This document shows positions 1 to 6,642 of a DNA stretch of 64,000 nt, piece after piece. The translations under genes were made by a program, and so were the position numbers. The notes under the pieces are model-generated. The model ran no database searches, was not told where the DNA came from, and was given only the letters and a program-made list of their open reading frames with translations. Positions within the stretch are counted from its first letter, which is position 1; each line of letters opens with the position of its first letter. The DNA comes from Akkermansiaceae bacterium (GTDB lineage Bacteria; Verrucomicrobiota; Verrucomicrobiia; Verrucomicrobiales; Akkermansiaceae). The DNA lies in NCBI GenBank assembly GCA_043758445.1, contig JAYVNM010000166.1:398-64397 (forward strand), read 5' to 3'.

Positions 1-30
1 CATAATGTTGGTCGGTTGGTTGGTTGGGCG

Positions 31-1462
31 CGGGCCATCCCCACGCGGGTGGGGAAATCACCTTTGCGGTAGAGCAGGTCATGCCCCTTGACGGGCCATC
101 CCCACGCGGGTGGGGAAATCTTGGGCGAGGGTGACGTGGGGTAATTGGTCGGCGGGCCATCCCCACGCGGGTGGGGAAATCCAAGCCGGATTCAAAAAGG
201 TGGATTCCGCCGCCGGGCCATCCCCACGCGGGTGGGGAAATCCACGGCGCTCGCGGCCACGGTGAGCGCCATCTCGGGCCATCCCCACGCGGGTGGGGAA
301 ATCACCTTTCTCCTCGGCACCAGCTCCACGATCCTCGGGCCATCCCCACGCGGGTGGGGAAATCGCAAGCAGGATATTGTTCGCGCCGTCGATGGCCGGG
401 CCATCCCCACGCGGGTGGGGAAATCATGTGTGGTATCTCCTACCGGCAGCGGCAAGACGGGCCATCCCCACGCGGGTGGGGAAATCGCGCTCAAACACGG
501 TCGTTAAACCCATGCCGCCGGGCCATCCCCACGCGGGTGGGGAAATCGCGAATGCCCACACTGCAAAGGCGACGGAACGCGGGCCATCCCCACGCGGGTG
601 GGGAAATCTTTGGACTGCTCGAATATATGAAGCCAAAGATCGGGCCATCCCCACGCGGGTGGGGAAATCCGATTGTAATGTTCAGCGCGCGTCCAGCCGT
701 GCGGGCCATCCCCACGCGGGTGGGGAAATCCTCCTCTGCTTCAGCCCATCCATCTCCAAAAACGGGCCATCCCCACGCGGGTGGGGAAATCCTTTTCGGC
801 GGCCTTCTTGGCCTTGTCGTCGGCGGGCCATCCCCACGCGGGTGGGGAAATCTAGTTGAGAGTTGAGAGTTGAGTGAAAGAATTCGGGCCATCCCCACGC
901 GGGTGGGGAAATCGTCACTGGATTCGACAAAAACCAAACCCCATCCGGGCCATCCCCACGCGGGTGGGGAAATCCACGGTCGAGGTGATTTGATCGTGTT
1001 GAGGGCCGGGCCATCCCCACGCGGGTGGGGAAATCGGCAAGCGGCGGCTCAAGAGCTGGGGAATGACCGGGCCATCCCCACGCGGGTGGGGAAATCGGAT
1101 GGGAATGCACTGGTGTGGACCTCGCCGACGGGCCATCCCCACGCGGGTGGGGAAATCATGCGCTGATGGCCACGCCGGCGAAAACGACGCGGGCCATCCC
1201 CACGCGGGTGGGGAAATCCTCGGCGAGACCGGTATCATGCACCCGCTTTACGGGCCATCCCCACGCGGGTGGGGAAATCCCGCCGAAGGCGACCTCGATG
1301 AGGTGCGTTTCCGGGCCATCCCCACGCGGGTGGGGAAATCGCAGCGGCTAGCTACCCACTCGACAGCGGCCGCGGGCCATCCCCACGCGGGTGGGGAAAT
1401 CCAAGATTGCTTGGCTTGAGCCCCGCGCCCGAGCGGGCCATCCCCACGCGGGTGGGGAAATC
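31..1462 (-). CRISPR. Type I-E CRISPR array: 24 identical 29-bp repeats and 23 complete 32-bp spacers (61-bp period). The partial spacer at 1-30 shows the array continues past the window edge
   Basis: The plus-strand repeat CGGGCCATCCCCACGCGGGTGGGGAAATC recurs exactly every 61 nt from 31 to 1434. Its reverse complement GATTTCCCCACCCGCGTGGGGATGGCCCG matches the E. coli K-12 I-E repeat GAGTTCCCCGCGCCAGCGGGGATAAACCG at GAxTTCCCC...GGGGATxxxCCG, and has a CCCCAC/GTGGGG stem. That sets the transcribed strand as minus, the same as the adjacent cas genes. Confidence 0.97.
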
Positions 1463-1543
1463 TCTGCCGTTTTCAATGACTTATAGCAAAACTTGGTACA
1501 GCTTTTACTGAATCTGCAGGTGTGTCAAGCTGTCTAATCTCTG
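1463..1543 (-). promoter_or_regulatory. CRISPR leader (AT-rich, between the cas2 stop and the first repeat)
   Basis: An 81-nt AT-rich non-coding segment directly abuts the repeat at 1434-1462 and lies downstream of cas2, which is the canonical I-E leader position. It contains ATAGCAAAACTTG (1483-1495), which also occurs inverted upstream of cas3. Confidence 0.6.
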
Positions 1544-1855
1544 TTAAAAAGGGCAGTTATCGGGCTCGATCCATGATTCAGCAATGAGCGAAATTCCTGA
1601 CAGCTCGACGCCGATTCTGCCGGATTTTCCATCTGGGCCGGTTCGTTCCACCTCATATCCTTGACAGTTCGGGGCGGAGGAGATGACGAGCATCCCGAAT
1701 TCTTTCGGGACGTTTCGCAGGATGTAATCCATCACCTTACGATGCGTCCTCACATTGAGCGTACCGACGAAGACATTCGGTTTTGGCTCGATGAACCAGC
1801 GCTTGAGATGGCCGCGTATGGCGGGCGGGACATCATTGCAGACGAGAACGGTCAT
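1544..1855 (-). CDS. cas2: Cas2 (type I-E)
   Basis: 103 aa. VCNDVPPAIRGHLKRWFIE aligns with E. coli Cas2 VTENVPPRLRGRLAIWLLE. It is the last gene before the leader and array. Confidence 0.9.
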   Translation of the reverse strand: MTVLVCNDVPPAIRGHLKRWFIEPKPNVFVGTLNVRTHRKVMDYILRNVPKEFGMLVISSAPNCQGYEVERTGPDGKSGRIGVELSGISLIAESWIEPDNCPF

Positions 1856-1893
1856 GATGGGTGTGGTTAGATGTTAGAATATGGAAGTTAGGA

Positions 1894-1977
1894 GATTGGA
1901 GATTGGAGATTGGAGATTGGAGATTGGTGATTGGTGATTGGTGATTGGTGATTGGTGATTGGTGATTGGTGATTGGA
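1894..1977. repeat. Tandem heptanucleotide array in the cas1-cas2 spacer: 4 x GATTGGA, 7 x GATTGGT, 1 x GATTGGA (12 units)
   Basis: Read directly from the sequence. It sits in a 129-nt stretch (1854-1982) with no C on the plus strand, so the cas mRNA sense is G-free here. Confidence 0.95.
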
Positions 1978-1999
1978 TTTTTCCACAATCCACGATCCT

Positions 2000-2896
2000 T
2001 CAAGCCTCCGAGTGGGGTTGGAGGGGGTGGTCGGGCGGGGCGTCGTCGGGATTTTCGCCGAGGCCAACGAAGAGTTTTTTTAAATCTTCCGGCATTCTGC
2101 GGAGCATGCGGGTTTCCTCGACCTTCTGTTTGAGCAATTTTCTTACAAGAGTGCCATCGTCATTTGGATTGATGGAAAGTGCTTCGAAGGCGGCAGGCCA
2201 ACTGGTCTCATGTTTATAGAGATCCGCCGCATCGTAGATGAATGGCAGTGTCCCGGCAGCATGGACAAAGCCTAGCTGGGGGATGAACCCCATCGAGCAA
2301 CAGACGGCAGCGGTGAGGGCGTAGAGCGATGCATTGGAGGCTGATAGAGCGCGGTTAATACCATCGGCGAGCTGCCAGTTGTCTGACTTGTAATCGCGGC
2401 CTTTCCAAGTGACGCCGTATTTCAGGCCGAGATCGGCGTAGGTTTGTTTTACGCGTTTCCCCTCCATGCCCCGGAGTTGTTTGATGTTCACCCCATGCAC
2501 GCTGGCTTGAGGGAAACGGTGGAGAAACATCCGGCGGGCGATTTCATTCTGGGATTTTTTATCGGCCCAAGCGGTCGCATGGATGCGGGCCATGGAGTTG
2601 TCGTGATTCGGCGTGATGCCGAAGGCGTAGAAGCGCAGTCCATCCTCGCCCAGCCAAAGCAGCGGGCAATTGCACTGCGCGGCAGCTTTCACTGCGGCGT
2701 GGGTGATCGTGGTGCCGGGTCCGAGAATGAGCGCGGAGACGGTGGCCACGGGAAGCCGGGTGATGAGTCCGTCGCTACCGATCCATTTCACCGAGGAGTC
2801 ATCCACCTCCAGTCGCCCATGTTCCAGATAGATCGGGGTCCAGCGGTCCTTGGCGGGAGCGAGCGTATCGAGGGGCGGGCGTTCGAAGATGGGCAT
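2000..2896 (-). CDS. cas1: Cas1 (type I-E). Start taken at MPIFERPP; an alternative ATG at 2938 would overlap cas5
   Basis: PAKDRWTPIYLEHGRLEV and ITHAAVKAAAQCNCPLLWLGEDGLRFYA align with E. coli Cas1 PLKDRVSMIFLQYGQIDV and VSHAAVRLAAQVGTLLVWVGEAGVRVYA. Confidence 0.92.
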   Translation of the reverse strand: MPIFERPPLDTLAPAKDRWTPIYLEHGRLEVDDSSVKWIGSDGLITRLPVATVSALILGPGTTITHAAVKAAAQCNCPLLWLGEDGLRFYAFGITPNHDNSMARIHATAWADKKSQNEIARRMFLHRFPQASVHGVNIKQLRGMEGKRVKQTYADLGLKYGVTWKGRDYKSDNWQLADGINRALSASNASLYALTAAVCCSMGFIPQLGFVHAAGTLPFIYDAADLYKHETSWPAAFEALSINPNDDGTLVRKLLKQKVEETRMLRRMPEDLKKLFVGLGENPDDAPPDHPLQPHSEA

Positions 2897-2903
2897 TGGA
2901 TGA

Positions 2904-3620
2904 TCAGGGGCGTTCGCCGGGGCTGAGCCGCCGGACATGGCGGGAGTGGTAAGCGGCTGGGACGGGTCCGTGGTGACGGCCAAAGGCGATGGGTTGGTCG
3001 GATTGGTAGAAACTGCCATCGCCGGAATTTTCTGTCAGACCCTCGAGGGCTGTCATTTCCGCAGGGTCACAGCCAAGTATAGTGGCGAGTTGTGCAAGTG
3101 CTTCACTTGCGGTCACCGCGACGACGGGACTGAGAGGCGTGGCAGGAAGACAGGATTTTCGACCGAACCAGACTCCCCAGACGGGATCGAGCAGGGCGGC
3201 GGCGGCATGATGCAGGGTTGCGGGATCGCCTTGGAAGAGAGCGATGAAGCGAGCGTCGGTGAGGTAGGTGCGGCGGGTGATGACGGTGCCGAAGGGGCTG
3301 CCATCGCCGGCCTTGCGTGGAATGTGAAGTCTTTGAACGGGATCTGTCTTGTCATAGCCGCCGCCGATGGTGTGGAAATCAGCAAGGCGGAGGGAGGGAT
3401 GAGGCTTCGGCCAGCGCAGGACGCTGAAAGTGAGTGCTGCGTAGGGCGCGAGGAGTTCCGCTTCATCCGGCGCGTGTTTGTCGATGCCGAGGGCGGCGGC
3501 AAGCACGCCGACGAGGGCGCTCTTGGTCGGCCAGCTTTCGGTTTCCCGGCGCTGGAACTTTGACGAGACGCCCCAGGATTGGAGTGGCGCGTCGATGAGG
3601 AAGGCGAGGGTTTCAGACAT
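2904..3620 (-). CDS. cas5: Cas5e (CasD), Cascade subunit
   Basis: Start MSETLAFLIDAPLQSWG compares with E. coli CasD LILRLAGPMQAWG. The later FGRKSCLPATPL compares with LGRRSCPLTHPL. An ATGTCTGA overlap joins it to the cas7 stop. Confidence 0.88.
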   Translation of the reverse strand: MSETLAFLIDAPLQSWGVSSKFQRRETESWPTKSALVGVLAAALGIDKHAPDEAELLAPYAALTFSVLRWPKPHPSLRLADFHTIGGGYDKTDPVQRLHIPRKAGDGSPFGTVITRRTYLTDARFIALFQGDPATLHHAAAALLDPVWGVWFGRKSCLPATPLSPVVAVTASEALAQLATILGCDPAEMTALEGLTENSGDGSFYQSDQPIAFGRHHGPVPAAYHSRHVRRLSPGERP

Positions 3621-4635
3621 CGGTGGCGAGGAGTTGGGCAATAAAGGAGTCGAGGCCGGTTTCAGTGAGCCAAAATTTATCACCGAGGCTTCCCCAGGTT
3701 TTTTCGAGAGATGCGAGGTGTTCCTTCATCGTCGTGAGGGAAGCGGTCTGAAGGCCCTTACCCTTGGTTTTGATGGGATCTTCAAAGGCGTTGATGAGTT
3801 GGAGCGGTTGACCCTTGGACTTGCGGATGCCCAGAACCTCAAAAGGTAACGTGGCGGCGTTCATCGAATTCTGGCGGGCACCGGGGACGGCGATGAGGGA
3901 GGCCCGTATGAAATCTGCAAGGATAGTGCGACGCTGTTCCGGGTTGAGCTTTCCAAGGTTTTTTTCGCAAGCAAACTGGTCAAGATTGATGGCGGTGTAG
4001 CGATAGTAGGTGGCGGAATTGAATTCAAGGGTTCCAATCATACTTGCACCGGCATCTTCCGCATCGGCCTTGAGGTCATCGACCGAGGAGAAGAAGTCGA
4101 TTTCGTTAGAGGCAGAGTGCGTGGAGAGGGCATGGGAAAACATGGCGGCACCTTCGACGTTGAGAGTGGCGTCATTGGCCACCATGCGGCCGAAGAGCGC
4201 GATGTCCGCAGCGTCGAGGCGATCCACTTTCTTGATCGCTTTCTTGGGTTCTTCCCCCCCGGCGATGGCTGTGGCGATCTGTTGGATTTCACCGGGCGAT
4301 AGATAGACGGCAGTGGTAACTTGATCGGGCTTTTTCGCATCTACCTTGCTGAAGGCTTCGCAAACGCTCTTTGCTTTTTCGGCGGCGGTAGTTTCATCCA
4401 TGCCAGCGGCAACCAGTGCTTTGGTAAATGGCTCCAACAGGAAGCGGCTTCGGATGCCTTGGAAAGCGGTTGATTCGCTGCGGGCTAGCAATCGCACGGC
4501 GCGTTTCAGCGATTGGCTGGACAAGCGGGCGCGTGTGACACCGCCGAAGACGGCGGATTTCGGCGAGCCGACGTCGTCGCGGTTGAGGCAGGAGACGGGG
4601 AAGGACTGGAGGATGTGGAGTTCGATGAGGTTCAT
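3613..4635 (-). CDS. cas7: Cas7e (CasC), Cascade backbone subunit
   Basis: [40 protein letters not shown] compares with E. coli CasC [40 protein letters not shown]. Confidence 0.93.
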   Translation of the reverse strand: [340 protein letters not shown]

Positions 4636-4653
4636 TGGAGTTGATAGATGATG

Positions 4654-4670
4654 GTTGAGAGTTGAGAGTT
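4654..4670. repeat. Short heptamer tract (GTTGAGA x2 plus GTT) in the 33-nt gap upstream of the cas7 ATG
   Basis: Read directly. The plus strand 4636-4680 contains no C, so the mRNA sense is G-free. The same heptamer makes up spacer 853-884. Confidence 0.8.
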
Positions 4671-5511
4671 AAGATTTTTTCTGGGAGATGCGATTTTTGG
4701 ATTCGGTGAGGGCTTTGAAGTTTTCGGTTGTTGAGATTTTGTTGCCGCTTTTGGCTTCGAGGGCTTTGCGAGCATCGCCGGCGATGGTGCCTCCGGCTTT
4801 GGCAGCTTGTTGGTTTTGGGGAAAGCCATGGGCGTCGCGCTTTTTGGCGATCTCGGTGGTGGAGGCCTCGCCGAGCATGGTGAAGATGAGTTCGAGGTCG
4901 GTCATGTGGTCGCGGAGGTTCTCCTTGGGATTGGAGAGAGCCTTAAAATCTTTGTATTCGGATGGCGTCATGCCGAAAGTGGCTTTGCTGATTTCCGCTG
5001 TGAGGATGGCAAATTCTTTTCCCTCTTTCACACCGCGCTTACTCCACTCATCGGTGAGTTCGTCACGAACGGCGATGCCGCGTAGGCGCTTTTCAATCCA
5101 TTCTTCCGAATAACCCTTTTGTTCGTAAATTGTCCGCATGCGCTTGGCTGCGAGCTCGGGGTTTTCAATTTCCTCAAGCCGCTCGTAACCAATCTTCGCC
5201 AGCCAACGCTTGAAGGGCTCGGCTTTGGGGGAGGGAATGGACTGGATGAGGCGGAGAAGTTGTTCCGTGTCAGCAACATCCGTCATCCGCTGCTTGCCGT
5301 CGGCAGCCGTCATTTTCAAACCGTTACAATTTGTAACGGTTTCATTTCCCTCCGCGATGAGACGTTTCTTCATCACCCGCCAATAGACTTGTGGATTCGG
5401 GCTTTCGCTCAGAATTGCGATAACATCGACGACGGCGAAAACCCATTTTTCTTCGGTGGCGTTCCAGGCACGACGGACTTGTTTTTCTCCAAATAGTGAA
5501 ATGGCAGACAT
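4669..5511 (-). CDS. Bro-N / DinD-like protein (280 aa) embedded in the Cascade operon
   Basis: The ATG at 5511 is 4 nt after the cas6e stop, and the stop at 4669 is 33 nt before the cas7 ATG. The N-terminus FGEKQVRRAWNATEEKWVFAVVDVIAILSES...YWRVMKKRL is Bro-N/KilA-N-like. The C-terminal half (IPSPKAEPFKRWLAKIGYERLEEIENPE ... NLRDHMTDLELIF ... AKAGGTIAGDARKALE) is collinear, as I recall it, with E. coli DinD (ILDHMGSTELAANLF...). The longer ORF in the track (to 6054) overlaps cas6e and is taken as an artefact. Confidence 0.7.
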   Translation of the reverse strand: MSAISLFGEKQVRRAWNATEEKWVFAVVDVIAILSESPNPQVYWRVMKKRLIAEGNETVTNCNGLKMTAADGKQRMTDVADTEQLLRLIQSIPSPKAEPFKRWLAKIGYERLEEIENPELAAKRMRTIYEQKGYSEEWIEKRLRGIAVRDELTDEWSKRGVKEGKEFAILTAEISKATFGMTPSEYKDFKALSNPKENLRDHMTDLELIFTMLGEASTTEIAKKRDAHGFPQNQQAAKAGGTIAGDARKALEAKSGNKISTTENFKALTESKNRISQKKS

Positions 5512-5515
5512 GAGT

Positions 5516-6151
5516 TCAAATCGGTGAGAGGCAGAGCATACCGAAGCCGAAGGCCTTGGCGGAGCCGATGCCGTGGATGAAAGCTTCGCGGAGAAGGACG
5601 GGGTTGGTGACGGTAAGGATGCCGGCGAACTCAGTGGCTGTGTGGAGACCTGGCTTTCCTCCTTTCGAGAAAGGCTGTCGTGGTTGCGGGATGGTGCGAA
5701 TCTCGCCGGGGACGATGATGAAGCCATGCTGGGTGGACTTGCGTTCGAGCCAAGCGAGCAGGTCCTCGCGTTTGGATATAGGGATGCGTTTAGCACTACG
5801 GCGTTTGCCACTGGCATCGCGCGGTGCGGCGAGCTTCTTGGTCGGATTGGCGAGCAGTGAAAAACGGTAGGCCGAATGGGTGAGGAAATTTTCGCCGACG
5901 GGTTTGGTTTTCCATCCTTGATCGGGACACCAATCAGGCTTGGTAGGCGTGGTGGCAGATAGCAACAGAAGGCGGAATCCCTGACCGATGTCATCGAGAC
6001 GAGTGAGGAAATCACGAGCGGCATCCGGCTGGCCGGGAAAACAATCCCAAGCACGCTTATGCCAAGCGTAGCTATCGGAGAAACCGCCGTCCTTCCGCCA
6101 ACGGGCGGCGATCTCGTAGGGAACGAGGGCTTGGGTGAGGTGAAGGTTCAT
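5516..6151 (-). CDS. cas6e: Cas6e (CasE), crRNA endoribonuclease
   Basis: FPGQPDAARDFLTRL and C-terminal GIGSAKAFGFGMLCLSPI compare with E. coli CasE FPNRPDAARDFLFHV and GIGPAKSMGCGLLSLAPL. An ATGA overlap joins it to the cse2 stop. Confidence 0.9.
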   Translation of the reverse strand: MNLHLTQALVPYEIAARWRKDGGFSDSYAWHKRAWDCFPGQPDAARDFLTRLDDIGQGFRLLLLSATTPTKPDWCPDQGWKTKPVGENFLTHSAYRFSLLANPTKKLAAPRDASGKRRSAKRIPISKREDLLAWLERKSTQHGFIIVPGEIRTIPQPRQPFSKGGKPGLHTATEFAGILTVTNPVLLREAFIHGIGSAKAFGFGMLCLSPI

Positions 6152-6642
6152 GCGGCTGGGAGGTCGAAGGGGGCTTGCCAGAATTCTTTGGCCCAATCCG
6201 TTTTCACTCGCTCGGAGTATCCAGCGGACCAGAAATTCAACTCTCGGAGAAGTTTGGCATAGTCGACCGGCACGGCTTCGCGGCTGAGGCGTTTGACGAG
6301 ACGGTGGAGCTGGGGGGCAAGTTCGGCGATATTACTACAAGCTAACAGACGTCGGAAATGGCGGTCATAGGGATGCTCGCCGTCCTTTCTTTCACCCAGG
6401 CGGATGGCGGCGCGGCCAATTCCCATTCCTTCCGCGTGGAGTGGATGGACGGCGTAAAGTGCGGCGACGGTAGATTTGCGATCATCGCCGATGGCACCGA
6501 GTCGGCCGAGCAAGGGCAGGGCTTGATGCTCAGTCGTGTCGCTCCAATAGCGGCGGAGAGCAGCGGCGTGCCCACGGTCATTCTCGCAAAGCTTCACGAG
6601 CTGTGCGATGAACTGGGAGTTGGATTCTTCGTGGGATTTCAT
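6148..6642 (-). CDS. cse2: Cse2 (CasB), Cascade small subunit
   Basis: 164 aa, between cse1 and the next Cascade gene. Arg-rich helical protein (AALRRYWSD...), with size and position typical of CasB. Confidence 0.8.
   Translation of the reverse strand: MKSHEESNSQFIAQLVKLCENDRGHAAALRRYWSDTTEHQALPLLGRLGAIGDDRKSTVAALYAVHPLHAEGMGIGRAAIRLGERKDGEHPYDRHFRRLLACSNIAELAPQLHRLVKRLSREAVPVDYAKLLRELNFWSAGYSERVKTDWAKEFWQAPFDLPAA

Noticed and set aside
853-884. Spacer 14 as a functional self-targeting spacer against 4654-4670
   Set aside because: My hand alignment gives only about 20 of 32 identities (17 contiguous). The 5' seed (AATTCTTT in the crRNA sense) does not match, so interference at this copy is not expected. 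It is kept only as a clue to spacer origin.
79-1419. About a dozen overlapping ORFs on both strands (69-231 aa) with recurring GHPHAGGEI / GPSPRGWGN / RAIPTRVGKS peptides
   Set aside because: They are six-frame translations of the 29-bp CRISPR repeat recurring every 61 nt. They are not genes.
5512-6054. N-terminal 181 aa of the 461-aa track ORF (4669-6054)
   Set aside because: This part overlaps cas6e in another frame, has a low-complexity Ser/Pro/Ala composition, and has no recognisable motifs. The internal ATG at 5511 gives a complete Bro-N-type N-terminus.
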